A DNA stretch of 64,000 nucleotides from Bacilli bacterium (GCA_017445245.1 JAFSUM010000036.1:35153-99152), one strand, 5' to 3'; shown: positions 1-9,732, counted from the first letter of the stretch. Program-made: numbers and translations. Notes: a model not told the origin generated them from the letters alone.

Positions 1-1
1 G

Positions 2-178
2 ATCACACCAAAGCGCGAAACGGGCCTATTCGCCTTCACGTTCTCTGACGTCAATTACCTCGTCGCCAATTTCCCGGTGGGCACCACTACTCCAGATTGG
101 GGCACCAAAATCTCTCAAACCACAGACCGGAAAGTCGGCGAGCAAATCATCGATTACCCGACGTTGCGTCTTCAGTAA
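2..178 (+). CDS. 3' end (C-terminal 58 aa) of an unidentified protein running off the window start
   Basis: Open frame 2 from the window edge to TAA at 176-178; a rho-independent terminator follows. Too short for the ORF track. No family recognised. Confidence 0.3.
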   Translation: MTPKRETGLFAFTFSDVNYLVANFPVGTTTPDWGTKISQTTDRKVGEQIIDYPTLRLQ

Positions 179-184
179 GACCAA

Positions 185-217
185 GGCGGAAACCCAAATG
201 GGAATCCGCCTTTTTTC
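185..217 (+). terminator. Rho-independent terminator
   Basis: GC-rich hairpin GGCGGA...TCCGCC followed by a T6 run. Confidence 0.5.
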
Positions 218-279
218 TTTGATTTTTCTATTTAGAAAAAGACGCTGTGATATACAATAATCGCGTTTAGGAGACTACC

Positions 280-1770
280 ATGGTCAAAATCGGCTTCGAT
301 AACGAAAAATACATTCTTACCCAAAGCGAGCACATTCGTGAACGCATCGCGAATTTCGGAGGCAAGTTGTATTTGGAATTCGGAGGCAAACTCTTCGATG
401 ATTACCATGCCTCCCGCGTCCTCCCCGGCTTCGAACCGACCTCGAAACTGAAGATGCTCATGGCCATGAAAGAGCAGGCCGAAATCATCATCGTCATCAA
501 CGCCGAAGCGATCGAAACCGCGAAAGTCCGTCAGGACCTCGGCATCACCTATGACCAAGATGTCTTCCGTCTTATCGACGCCTTCCACGAAGCCGGCCTT
601 TACGTTGGTTCCGTCTGCCTTACCCGTTACGCGGCCGCCCAAAAAGGCACGCGTCTATTCGAACGCACGCTCAATAGGCAGGGAATCAAAACCTACCACC
701 ATTATTCAATCCCTAATTATCCCTATGACCTCGACCGTATCGTCTCCGATGACGGTTATGGCAAAAACGACTACATCGAAACCACCCGTTCTCTCGTCGT
801 CGTCACCGCGCCAGGTCCAGGATCAGGCAAAATGGCCACCTGCCTTAGCCAGCTCTATCATGATTCCAAACGCGGTCTCAAATCGGGATACGCGAAATTC
901 GAAACCTTCCCGATTTGGAACCTCCCCTTGAAGCATCCCGTCAATTTGGCCTACGAAGCGGCGACCGCGGACCTAGCTGACGTCAACATGATCGACCCCT
1001 ACCACCTCGAAGCGTATGGCATCTCCGCGGTCAACTATAACCGCGACGTGGAAATCTTCCCCGTCCTCAACCGCATCTTCGAACGTATCTATGGCGCCTC
1101 GCCCTATAAGTCCCCGACCGACATGGGTGTCAATATGGCTGGCAACTGCATCATCGATGACGCGGCTTGCTGCGAAGCGTCCCGGCAGGAAATCATCCGT
1201 CGCTACCTCCGTTCCCTCGTCGACCGCCGAAACGAAAAAGCCGATGACGGCGTCGTCGAAAAACTCGATGCCCTCATGAAGGCCAACGGCATACTCGTCG
1301 AAGAACGTAAATGCATCGCCCCCTGTCTCGCCAAGGCGGCAAAAACGGGAAAGCCTGCCGCCTGTATCGAACTCCCCGATGGCACCCTTATCACCGGCAA
1401 AACCAGCAACCTCCTCGGCTGCGTCTCGGCCATGATGATCAACGCGTTAAAGCATCTAGCCGGACTCCCCGACCAAATGAATTTGCTCACCCCTGCCATC
1501 ATCGAACCGATCTGCGAGCTAAAGACCCAAGGGCTCGGCGGTCATAATCCGCGCATGCACCTCGACGAAATTCTCATCGCCCTTTCCATCTCCGCCGTCA
1601 CCAATCCGATTGCCGATTTGGCCATGAAACAACTTCCAAAGCTTCGCGGAGCGCAGGTACACACTTCTGTCATCTTGTCCCAAGTGGACAACAACTGTCT
1701 CCATAAGCTTGGCATCGACAACACCTCCGAACCGATGTATGGTTCGAAGAAGCTCTACCACGCAAAGTAA
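280..1770 (+). CDS. DUF1846/UPF0371 family protein
   Basis: 496 aa ORF with an AGGAG RBS upstream. N-terminus MVKIGFDNEKYILTQSEHIRERI... and overall length are typical of the conserved Firmicutes UPF0371 family. Confidence 0.65.
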   Translation: MVKIGFDNEKYILTQSEHIRERIANFGGKLYLEFGGKLFDDYHASRVLPGFEPTSKLKMLMAMKEQAEIIIVINAEAIETAKVRQDLGITYDQDVFRLIDAFHEAGLYVGSVCLTRYAAAQKGTRLFERTLNRQGIKTYHHYSIPNYPYDLDRIVSDDGYGKNDYIETTRSLVVVTAPGPGSGKMATCLSQLYHDSKRGLKSGYAKFETFPIWNLPLKHPVNLAYEAATADLADVNMIDPYHLEAYGISAVNYNRDVEIFPVLNRIFERIYGASPYKSPTDMGVNMAGNCIIDDAACCEASRQEIIRRYLRSLVDRRNEKADDGVVEKLDALMKANGILVEERKCIAPCLAKAAKTGKPAACIELPDGTLITGKTSNLLGCVSAMMINALKHLAGLPDQMNLLTPAIIEPICELKTQGLGGHNPRMHLDEILIALSISAVTNPIADLAMKQLPKLRGAQVHTSVILSQVDNNCLHKLGIDNTSEPMYGSKKLYHAK

Positions 1771-2005
1771 GATTCAGCCAAGATTTATGGCCTCGATTTA
1801 AGGCTCCTGTTTTTTGGGCACTTTCCAACGAGTTTTGATGAGAAGCCGGAAAACGCCGACGCCATCGAAACTTTTTTCTTTCAAAAAACTAGCCAGGTGG
1901 GTGGGAATCCACTTTTTGCAAGGGTATAATTATATCAAGCAAAAACCATGGTTTGCCGCCCCGCGGAAGGCATGTTCCGCATATAGGAACATAAGGAGTT
2001 AAAAC

Positions 2006-2845
2006 GTGAAAGAAACGCAGTCTTTTTCCTTCGACCCCGAGCTGGAGCGGCTCCTCCAGCAACGCATCGACGGCCTCCGCCTCGTCGACGACATCTTCTT
2101 CAAGGCCTGCCTCAAGGACAACCCCAAGGCGGCGGAGGCCATCATCCGCGTCGCCCTCGACATGCCAGAAGCCGAAGTGGAATCCGTCCACATCCAGGAC
2201 GGGTCCGCCTTCCTCCCCTCGCGCAACGTCGGCTTCGACCTCAAGGTCCGCGACAAGGATGGCCGCCTCTTCGACGTCGAGGTGCAGAAGGGCCATCTCG
2301 GCGAACTGCCTAGGCGCAGCCGTTACTACATGGGCGCTTTGACCGTCGAATCCCTTCGCCGGGGCCAGGGCTTCCCCGCCCTTCCCGACGCCTACGTCCT
2401 CTTCCTCTGCGAAACCGACCCGATAGGGGACGGCGAGCCGGTATACGATTTCGTAAGGACGGATCGGCGCAACGCCAAACGCCGCGTCCTCGAAGACGGC
2501 AGCCACGTCGTCTTCTTCAACTGCGCCTACAAGGGCGACGACGCCTACGGCAGGCTCGCCTTCGACATGCTCTCCGCCGATTCGGCGAAGATCGGCGACC
2601 CGGTGTTGCGCGACACCGTCCATCGGGGCAAAATAGGGGAAAGGAGGACGGACGTCATGTCGGATCTTGCGAAGGAAATCATGGAACTCGGCGAGAAACG
2701 CGGTCTCGAGAAGGGCCGAAAGGAAGGCGCCGAGCAGTCCAAACGCGAAATCGCCCTCGCCCTTCTGAAACGAGGGATCGATCCCGAACAGGTGTCTGAG
2801 GACACCGGGCTTCCGTTGGAGACGGTCCTCTCCCTGAAGAAGTGA
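2006..2845 (+). CDS. Rpn-family recombination-promoting nuclease / putative transposase (PD-(D/E)XK fold with DUF4351-like C-terminus)
   Basis: GTG start after an AAGGAG RBS. Contains a D...FDVEVQK PD-(D/E)XK-like core. C-terminal ...EKGRKEGAEQSKREIALALLKRGIDPEQVSEDTGLPLETVLSLKK is the characteristic Rpn/YhgA tail. Confidence 0.6.
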   Translation: MKETQSFSFDPELERLLQQRIDGLRLVDDIFFKACLKDNPKAAEAIIRVALDMPEAEVESVHIQDGSAFLPSRNVGFDLKVRDKDGRLFDVEVQKGHLGELPRRSRYYMGALTVESLRRGQGFPALPDAYVLFLCETDPIGDGEPVYDFVRTDRRNAKRRVLEDGSHVVFFNCAYKGDDAYGRLAFDMLSADSAKIGDPVLRDTVHRGKIGERRTDVMSDLAKEIMELGEKRGLEKGRKEGAEQSKREIALALLKRGIDPEQVSEDTGLPLETVLSLKK

Positions 2846-2854
2846 TGTTGACTA

Positions 2855-2880
2855 GGGTTCCCAATCGGGAGCCCTTTTTC
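2855..2880 (+). terminator. Rho-independent terminator after the Rpn-family gene
   Basis: Hairpin GGGTTCCC-aatc-GGGAGCCC (one G-U pair) followed by TTTTT. Confidence 0.45.
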
Positions 2881-2947
2881 AACGCTCAATTCAGGTAAAT
2901 AAACTCGCGAAAGCCGATGATTCCGCCACCGCGATCATCGCGGCCCG

Positions 2948-3214
2948 TTGCGCGACACCGTCCATCGGGGCAAAATAGGGGAAAGGAGGACGGACGTCAT
3001 GTCGGATCTTGCGAAGGAAATCATGGAACTAGGCGAGAAACGCGGCCTCGAGAAGGGCCGCGAGGAAGGCCGTGAAGAAGGCCGCAAGGAAGGTGCCGAG
3101 CAGTCCAAACGCGAAATTGCCCTCGTCATCCTCGCCCAAGGCGGTGCCACACCCGAGCAAATTGCCCAGTGGACCGGCCTTCCGTTGGAGACCGTCATTT
3201 CCCTAAAAAAGTAA
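2948..3214 (+). pseudogene. Remnant 3' fragment of a second Rpn-family paralog (DUF4351-like C-terminal domain only)
   Basis: About 115 nt (2947-3062) is nearly identical to 2605-2720 inside the upstream Rpn gene, after which the sequence diverges with extra EGRE/EGRK repeats. The frame opens with a TTG start. An internal GGAAAGGAGGA RBS plus ATG at 2999 could express a 72-aa DUF4351-only peptide. Confidence 0.45.
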
Positions 3215-3221
3215 CCAATAA

Positions 3222-3266
3222 AAAAGCCCAAATTGTGAGGATTCCCTTGCAAATCGGGCTTTTTCT
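3222..3266. terminator. Probable bidirectional terminator between the Rpn remnant (+) and proC (-)
   Basis: Imperfect hairpin AAAAAAGCCCAAATT...AATCGGGCTTTTTC flanked by an A-run and a T-run. Confidence 0.4.
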
Positions 3267-4048
3267 TATCTCATGTTCTTTGTTTTTGTTAGGGATGCTT
3301 CCGCGGCCTTTTGGATGGTTTGCTCGAATCCGGCATCATCTAAAACCCTCACGCCTTCGATGGTCGACCCGCCCGGAGAACACACTTCTTCTTTCAACGT
3401 CTTGGGGCTCTTTCCGCTTTCCCTTCCGAGCAGCGCTGCCCCTTCTACCATATCCCAGACATATTCCGTAGCCTCTTTTTCGTCGAGCCCATTGGCCAGG
3501 CCAAAGTGCACCAACGCATCGGCGAAGGCATCTAGGTACGCAGGCGAGGATCCCGTCAAGACGGAGACAACGTCCATCTTTTCCTCATCGATTTCATGAA
3601 GCTTTCCCGTGAGGGTCATCATCCGTTCGAAGGTTTCCTTTTCGTCTTTGGAAAGGCGGCGATAAGAAGCGAATGTAACCCCCTTTGAAACCAGAACCGG
3701 TGTATTGGGCATGATGCGGATAAGGCGGCTATTGCCTAGATGCATCTCGAGCTCATCCAAAGAATAACCGGCCGCCATCGAGACGAAGATGGTACGTGGA
3801 TGGTCTTTTCCTAACGATGCGAGCAACGCATTCATATCGCAGGGCTTGACCCCGAGGAAGACAAAGGGACATTGATTGAGAATCTCCTGGTTCACCGTAA
3901 CAAAGACACGTCCCTGGTATTCTCTTTCCAGAGCCATCATCTTATCGAGGTGATGATCGTTGACGTAAAAAGAAAAACCTTCTTCTTTGGAAAGAGCGCG
4001 CAAGATGGAGCCGGCCATATGGCCGACCCCGATAAAACCGATATTCAT
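3266..4048 (-). CDS. proC: Pyrroline-5-carboxylate reductase
   Basis: 260 aa. N-terminal Rossmann motif MNIGFIGVGHMAG and the ProC-typical C-terminal SPGGSTIEG motif. Confidence 0.85.
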   Translation of the reverse strand: MNIGFIGVGHMAGSILRALSKEEGFSFYVNDHHLDKMMALEREYQGRVFVTVNQEILNQCPFVFLGVKPCDMNALLASLGKDHPRTIFVSMAAGYSLDELEMHLGNSRLIRIMPNTPVLVSKGVTFASYRRLSKDEKETFERMMTLTGKLHEIDEEKMDVVSVLTGSSPAYLDAFADALVHFGLANGLDEKEATEYVWDMVEGAALLGRESGKSPKTLKEEVCSPGGSTIEGVRVLDDAGFEQTIQKAAEASLTKTKNMR

Positions 4049-4083
4049 ATCAAATCCCCCACTTAATGCTAACTTGAGGAAGA

Positions 4084-4110
4084 AAAAAGAAAAGAGGCCA
4101 GCGATGTTTT
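4084..4110 (-). terminator. Terminator downstream of potD
   Basis: Hairpin GAGGCCAG...CTGACCTC followed by a T-rich tract when read on the minus strand. Confidence 0.4.
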
Positions 4111-4126
4111 TCTGACCTCAATTCAA

Positions 4127-6172
4127 TTATTTTTTAGCTTTGGCTTCGAGCTCGGCGCTTGTTTCCTTACGTCTAGCCACTTGGAAGCTATGGCGATACT
4201 TCTTGAGGATCACCCAGCCAATGATGAAGGCGGCCGCGACAACGAGGAGAATCGCGAAGATGATGACCGCAGGCATGGGGAGGTTATTCGATTTGACTTC
4301 GCTCCACATGGCGAGGACGTATTCGTTGTTCGAGCCATAGTCGCGCATGACGGCGAGTTTGGGAAGGTCATTATGGTCGGGGTATTGGGCCCCGAACTGG
4401 CGGGCGCATTGGACGGTCTGCCCTTCGATTTCGATTTCTTCTATCTCATCGGTATAGAAGATATAAGGGTTGAGGGCAGGGTCTTCGCTATCGAAGTCAT
4501 AGGCGCTTTCGTCGAGGGTCAAGGAACCTTCGAACATGTAGGTCAGGTTACGGATGTCCCACCCTTCGATAAACTCGAGTTCTTCCAAAGAATCACCCGT
4601 AGCTTTGTTATGGGCGGTGATGACCTTGTTTACTTCTTCCGCTTTCGCGTCATAAGTGACGATATATTCGTCCCAGGTCATGGGCTTGCCATAGACGACG
4701 GGTTGGTCGAAGGTCGAACCAGCCATGTCGAGGATACCTTCGGCGAAGTCGAATTCGTTGATGTTGGAGGCGTTATACTCCCCTTCTCCATCTCCAAGGT
4801 CGATGCCAGTCTGATAGGCGGCGTCATGGGCTTCGTCGTATTCGTGGTCGGTGTCGAGGGGCTCTCCCGTCTCTTCATCGTATTCCTGATAAAGGAAGTC
4901 GCTATTTTCCCAGTCCTCTTCATCCTCGACGTAGACGAACATCGCATAGGAGCGAGGATCAAACCAGAGGCGGATGAGGTCGTGGATGGCGTCGCCGGCG
5001 ATGAAGGAGGTATAGCCGATGGTTTCCATGTTGGCGGCCGCGACCTGCGGATCGGAGATGAAGTCGAGGAAATCCTCGGCGAGGGCTTTGTGCTCGGCGT
5101 CGCTAGTCGCGGGGATGCACCAGGAGTCGAACCAGATGTTTCCGCCCGTGGAAGGGACGGAATAGTAGATGGTGTTGCCGGATTCGTTATCGCCGCGGTC
5201 CATCGAGTAGACGGCGTCGCCGCTCCAGGCGAGGTTCATGCCGACGAGGCCCTTGACCATGTCGTCCTTACCGGAGTCGACCTCGAAGCCAAAGACGATG
5301 TCCTTAAGAGCGAGGAGCTGTTTCTTGACCTTCTCGACGCTTTCTTTGTCGCAGCGGTTGAAGATTTCGGTCAGTGCGACGTTATAGTCGGCGCTGGCCT
5401 TATCGTGCATATCAGGGAGCAAGGGCAAGGAGGCGTCCTCCATGTCAAAGCAACCGGAAGCGGCCATCAAGTCGCGGATTTCGGCATCGAATTCCTTCAT
5501 GATGCCGACCGAATAGGTGTCGCGCATGGAGTCCTTGATGGACATCATGGAACGGTACTTCTCGTCCCAAAGGTTCGTCCAGGAAGAAGCCATGTCGAAC
5601 TTGATTTCGTCTTCCTCTAGGCCTTTTTCGGAGGCGACTTTCGCAGGGTTAAAGAGAATGCCTAGCGTCCCCCACATATAGCCGATGGAATAGTCGCTTA
5701 GCTTCTCTTCCTTGCCGTCGATTGGGGCGGTGATGTCCTCCATGATGCCACGGAGGGTCGGCGAGCAATAGGCGGCGTAATTGGGCACGCGTTCGAGGTC
5801 GATCTTCTGCAAGATTCCCATCGTCATCATCTTCTGGATGGTGTAGTCCGAAGCGCAGATGAGGTCATAGGAGGTCTTGCCGGTACGAAGGGAAGAAAGC
5901 ATGGTCTCGTTCGTATCGTAGTTATCGTAAATGACGTGGACAGTGCGTCCGAGTTTCTTGGATTCGTATTTCTCAAAGCCAGAGATGACGTCATCGTAAG
6001 AGACGGTGATTTCCTCGCCATGCTCGTCTTCGTAAGTGAATTCGAAGGCGTCTTCGCCGATATAGTCTTCGCAGTTGAGCGCCTTGAGGATGATGGCGTC
6101 TTCTTCCGCGCATCCCGCTAGAAGCGGCATCAAAATAGCCGCGAATAGAAGGGTTTTTGCATTCTTTTTCAT
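4127..6172 (-). CDS. potD: Spermidine/putrescine ABC transporter substrate-binding lipoprotein (PotD-like, extended)
   Basis: Lipobox LLAGC at the N-terminus. Sits last in the potABCD gene order. 681 aa, with an acidic low-complexity insert and a C-terminal TM helix plus basic tail. Confidence 0.65.
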   Translation of the reverse strand: MKKNAKTLLFAAILMPLLAGCAEEDAIILKALNCEDYIGEDAFEFTYEDEHGEEITVSYDDVISGFEKYESKKLGRTVHVIYDNYDTNETMLSSLRTGKTSYDLICASDYTIQKMMTMGILQKIDLERVPNYAAYCSPTLRGIMEDITAPIDGKEEKLSDYSIGYMWGTLGILFNPAKVASEKGLEEDEIKFDMASSWTNLWDEKYRSMMSIKDSMRDTYSVGIMKEFDAEIRDLMAASGCFDMEDASLPLLPDMHDKASADYNVALTEIFNRCDKESVEKVKKQLLALKDIVFGFEVDSGKDDMVKGLVGMNLAWSGDAVYSMDRGDNESGNTIYYSVPSTGGNIWFDSWCIPATSDAEHKALAEDFLDFISDPQVAAANMETIGYTSFIAGDAIHDLIRLWFDPRSYAMFVYVEDEEDWENSDFLYQEYDEETGEPLDTDHEYDEAHDAAYQTGIDLGDGEGEYNASNINEFDFAEGILDMAGSTFDQPVVYGKPMTWDEYIVTYDAKAEEVNKVITAHNKATGDSLEELEFIEGWDIRNLTYMFEGSLTLDESAYDFDSEDPALNPYIFYTDEIEEIEIEGQTVQCARQFGAQYPDHNDLPKLAVMRDYGSNNEYVLAMWSEVKSNNLPMPAVIIFAILLVVAAAFIIGWVILKKYRHSFQVARRKETSAELEAKAKK

Positions 6173-6175
6173 TCT

Positions 6176-7078
6176 TTAGCCCTCCCTTCCTTTACGCACT
6201 TTCTTCACGGTGCGGTTACGGTAGATCGTAATGCCGATGGCAATGAGCAAGACGACCACGAAGATAAGGGTCGTAAGCGCACGCATTTCGGGCGGGATCG
6301 GACCCTTCTTGATCTTCTCTTGGACGAGGGTGGAAAGGGTCGAGATGTTCTTGTCGCCCGAGAGGAGGCCGGCACCGCGGGTAAAGGCGGTGACGATGAA
6401 GTCGTCGAGGGACAAGGTAATCGAGAGCATGAAGCCGGAGAGAATACCCGGGAAGATTTCGGGCAAGGTCGCTTTGCGAAGGGCTTGGCCCTGGGTGCAA
6501 CCGAGGTCGAGGGCGGCTTCGTAAAGAGCCGGATCCATCTGTTCGAGTTTGGGCTTGACGGAGAGGTAGACGAAGGGAACTTCGAGGACCATGTGGCCGA
6601 ATAGAAGCGTCCAGAATCCGAACACGTTCGACCCGCCGAGCATATAAGATTGGATAAAGACGAACATGACGGTGAGGGAGAGGGCCATGACGATTTCGGC
6701 GTTAACGACCGGAATCTGGGTCGTGGTCTCGATGACTTCCTTGGCCTTGCGCTTCGAATAGAAGGCACCGATCGCGCCACAGGTACCAAGAAGAGTCGAC
6801 AAGACGGCGGAGATGACGGCGATGAGGACGGTGTTACCCAAAGCCACCATGATTTCGTGCCCGGTCTTCGAGGTGAAGAGATCGCTATAAAGGCCGAAGG
6901 AGAAACCGGTCCAAGTGCCGATGTTGGTCGCCTTGGTGAAGGAATAGACGATGAGGACCATGATGGGGATGTACATCAGGATCAAAACGAGCCAGATGAA
7001 GCATTGCCCCATGGTCTTGTAGGCGATGTTACGCCGCTTGAGACGGCGTTCGTTAAGCGTCAATGTGCTCTTGCTCAT
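6176..7078 (-). CDS. potC: Spermidine/putrescine ABC transporter permease
   Basis: 300 aa multi-TM protein with a BPD_transp_1-like EAA loop (EAALDLGCT). Position is consistent with the operon order. Confidence 0.8.
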   Translation of the reverse strand: MSKSTLTLNERRLKRRNIAYKTMGQCFIWLVLILMYIPIMVLIVYSFTKATNIGTWTGFSFGLYSDLFTSKTGHEIMVALGNTVLIAVISAVLSTLLGTCGAIGAFYSKRKAKEVIETTTQIPVVNAEIVMALSLTVMFVFIQSYMLGGSNVFGFWTLLFGHMVLEVPFVYLSVKPKLEQMDPALYEAALDLGCTQGQALRKATLPEIFPGILSGFMLSITLSLDDFIVTAFTRGAGLLSGDKNISTLSTLVQEKIKKGPIPPEMRALTTLIFVVVLLIAIGITIYRNRTVKKVRKGREG

Positions 7079-7932
7079 TAGAAAGCCCTCCCTCTGCTGT
7101 TTTCGCCTTTATGGAAACGGTTGGTGATCAGCATCGTGACGAGGATGATGACGAGCATGATCGTCGCCATGAACGAGCCATCGTTCCAAAGATTGTTCTC
7201 AAATGCAAAGGCGATCGAATTGCCGAACAAGGTCAATTTGCCTTCGCTTAACGTGCTCGAGATGACATAAGAAGACATCGTCGGCATGAAGACCATTTCG
7301 GCCGCCGAGACGATGCCGGGCACCGACTGGGGCAAGATGTTATGGATGAGGGTGCGGAAGGGGTTGCAGCCGAGGTCACGGCACGCTTCGATCTGCGCCT
7401 TGTCCAATTTGATCATGGTCGTATAAAGGGGCAAGATCGTAAACGGCAGGTAGTTGTAGACCAAGCCGATCATCGTGGCGACGTAAGGATGTTCGCCGCC
7501 CTTTAGGCCCAACATGTTAAGTACGTCACGCGTCGCGCCGGTACGAAGGACGAAATTGATCCACATCGGCATGATGAAGAGCATGACCAGAACATAGTTC
7601 TTGTTGACCTTCTTATCCGCCAAAAGGTAAGCGATCGGATAGCCGATAACAAGGCAAAGAATCGTATTGAGAAGGCCGATAAATAGTGACACGACCAACA
7701 CGTTTATCTTCGCGGGAGAGGAGAAAAAAGTGACAAGCGAATCCCAAGATCCCGTCAAATTGCCATGGTCGTCCACCTTCGTGAAGGCGTAGACCAAGAT
7801 GATGACGATCGGAATCAAAACGAAGAGGACGAGGAAGACGAAATAGGGAATCGAAAGGTATTTCCGCTTGAAGGCAAAGATGCTCTTCAAGGTCCTCTTG
7901 GCCTTATGGCTCTTGTGGTTAGTCGATTTCAT
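7078..7932 (-). CDS. potB: Spermidine/putrescine ABC transporter permease
   Basis: 284 aa permease with EAA loop EACRDLGCNPF. Its start overlaps the potA stop. Confidence 0.8.
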   Translation of the reverse strand: MKSTNHKSHKAKRTLKSIFAFKRKYLSIPYFVFLVLFVLIPIVIILVYAFTKVDDHGNLTGSWDSLVTFFSSPAKINVLVVSLFIGLLNTILCLVIGYPIAYLLADKKVNKNYVLVMLFIMPMWINFVLRTGATRDVLNMLGLKGGEHPYVATMIGLVYNYLPFTILPLYTTMIKLDKAQIEACRDLGCNPFRTLIHNILPQSVPGIVSAAEMVFMPTMSSYVISSTLSEGKLTLFGNSIAFAFENNLWNDGSFMATIMLVIILVTMLITNRFHKGENSRGRAF

Positions 7933-9445
7933 AGTCCTCGATGCCTTTCTTCAAGCGCAGGACGATGTCCTCTTTCGCGACGGAGAGGGCGACGGTATCG
8001 TGCACCATCCAGGAATAAGGCGAATTGACGATGAAGTCTTCTTCGTCTTCGGTGCGGATGATGTACTGGTAATGGTCGCCGATCCAGACGGCGGCGATGA
8101 TTTCGCCTTGAGTGTTGCCCGAGGAGAGGTCATCGGATATTTCGACTTTATCCAAGGCGATTTCGGCGATGACCGGGCAACCATTGAGGTCGTATTTCTT
8201 GCCGTCTTTGGAGATGAGGTAGCCATCTTCGTCGAGGTGGGAGCCGGTGAGCAGCTGCGTGACGTCGCATTCGTAGGCGTCTTCGCCGATGATGACGTTG
8301 TTGGCCTTGTCGATGACGGCATCGGTAAATTCGTTGATGGTCAGCTTCTTGTGCATGAGCTGGATGTTGTTGGGTTCGACGGAAATGGAGACCTTCGCGC
8401 CGACTTCATGGTCATGGGTATCGCGGCAAAGGACTTCGTTCTTGCCGACATTGATGGTGAATTCGTAATGCACGCCCTTGAAGATTTTGCCGACGATCAC
8501 GCCATCGACAACGCCCTTCCCCTCTTGGCCAAGGAGAACGTCTTCGGGGCGGATGACGATATCGACCTTCTCGTTGACCTCGAAACCTTCTTCCTTGGGG
8601 CAGGTCCAGGTTCCGCCGATGAAGCGGACGGTTGTGCCACTCATCATGGTGCCGTTATAGATGTTAGATTCGCCGATGAAGTCCGCGACAAACGCGTTCA
8701 CGGGTTCGTTATAAATGTCTTCGGGAGTGCCGATTTGCTGGATGACGCCACGGCTCATGACAATGATGCGGTCGGACATGGTAAGGGCTTCTTCCTGGTC
8801 GTGGGTGACATAGAAGAAGGTGATGCCGAGGCGCTTATGCATTTCCTTGAGCTCGACCTGCATGTCTTTCCTCATCTTGTGGTCGAGGGCGCTTAGCGGT
8901 TCGTCGAGGAGAAGAACCTTAGGTTCATTAACAATCGCGCGGGCGATCGCGACGCGCTGCTGCTGGCCGCCGGAGAGAGTGGAGACATCGCGGTCTTCCA
9001 TCTCGTCGAGGTCGACGACATGGAGGGCGCGGGCCACTTTCTCGTCAATGACTTTGGCGGGGAGCCTCTTCATCTTGATGACCTTCTCGCCTTTTCTGTT
9101 CACCGTTTCGACGGGAACCTTTTTCAAACGAAGGCCAAAGGCGACGTTATCGTAGACATCGAGGTGCGGGAACAAGGCATAATGCTGGAAAACGGTGTTA
9201 ACCGGACGCTTGTTGGGCGGGAGAAGGGAAATGTCCTGCCCGTTAAGCAAAATCTCGCCAGAGCTCGGTAACTCGAAACCGGCGATCATGCGTAGGGTCG
9301 TCGTCTTGCCACATCCAGAAGGACCGAGAATCGTAATGAACTCCCCTTCCTTGACATCGAGGTTGAAATCGTCGACGACGGTAACCCCATCTTCGAAGCT
9401 TTTGGTCACGTGCTTCAACGCGATGATGGTTTGCTTCTCTTCCAT
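7919..9445 (-). CDS. potA: Spermidine/putrescine ABC transporter ATP-binding protein with a C-terminal extension
   Basis: Walker A GPSGCGKTT, signature LSGGQQQRVA and Walker B LLLDEPLSALD. Start chosen at MEEKQTIIAL, which has a GGGAGG RBS; the ORF track extends it to 9517. About 130 extra C-terminal residues compared with a typical PotA. Confidence 0.8.
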   Translation of the reverse strand: MEEKQTIIALKHVTKSFEDGVTVVDDFNLDVKEGEFITILGPSGCGKTTTLRMIAGFELPSSGEILLNGQDISLLPPNKRPVNTVFQHYALFPHLDVYDNVAFGLRLKKVPVETVNRKGEKVIKMKRLPAKVIDEKVARALHVVDLDEMEDRDVSTLSGGQQQRVAIARAIVNEPKVLLLDEPLSALDHKMRKDMQVELKEMHKRLGITFFYVTHDQEEALTMSDRIIVMSRGVIQQIGTPEDIYNEPVNAFVADFIGESNIYNGTMMSGTTVRFIGGTWTCPKEEGFEVNEKVDIVIRPEDVLLGQEGKGVVDGVIVGKIFKGVHYEFTINVGKNEVLCRDTHDHEVGAKVSISVEPNNIQLMHKKLTINEFTDAVIDKANNVIIGEDAYECDVTQLLTGSHLDEDGYLISKDGKKYDLNGCPVIAEIALDKVEISDDLSSGNTQGEIIAAVWIGDHYQYIIRTEDEEDFIVNSPYSWMVHDTVALSVAKEDIVLRLKKGIEDYEID

Positions 9446-9649
9446 ACTTTTTCCTCCCTGATACGAAAGAGCTATTTTATAGCGTTGTGAAGTGGCTTCT
9501 GAGGAGTCCAAATTCACGGCGCAAATTATGGGGATAAATCAATAAAAGTACAATAGCAAAATTCGTTCCCTTTTTTCCTTTCAAAAACCCGAATTGAAAA
9601 AAGTGCCCTTTTTATCGGCCACATCGAAGAAATATGGACATTAAAAATT

Positions 9650-9690
9650 TTCAAAAACAGGGGGTGTTTTTACTCTATTTCCCCCCTGCG
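9650..9690 (-). terminator. Rho-independent terminator after the glycosyltransferase-like gene
   Basis: Stem CAGGGGGG...CCCCCCTG with a T-run when read on the minus strand. Confidence 0.5.
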
Positions 9691-9732
9691 TTTTAGCGTT
9701 TGTTTTTCGCTTCGAGTTTCGCGCGTCTTTTT

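Noticed and set aside
232-642. 136-aa minus-strand ORF overlapping the start of the DUF1846 gene
   Set aside because: Entirely antisense to a conserved 496-aa gene and has no RBS. It is a shadow ORF.
4181-5620. Long antisense ORFs opposite real genes (e.g. 4181-5620 +, 7868-8896 +, 12047-12703 +, 41019-41816 -, 50911-52623 +, 55856-56293 -)
   Set aside because: Their translations are low-complexity (D/G/V/E/A-rich) and each lies entirely within a well-supported gene on the other strand. They are shadow ORFs produced by GC-rich codon third positions.
9446-9732. Possible riboswitch or long leader upstream of potA
   Set aside because: Reading the minus strand shows only a terminator for the upstream gene, a plausible TTGTAC/CATAAT promoter and a ~75-nt leader. 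No conserved riboswitch core (e.g. T-box, SAM, glycine) could be recognised by eye.
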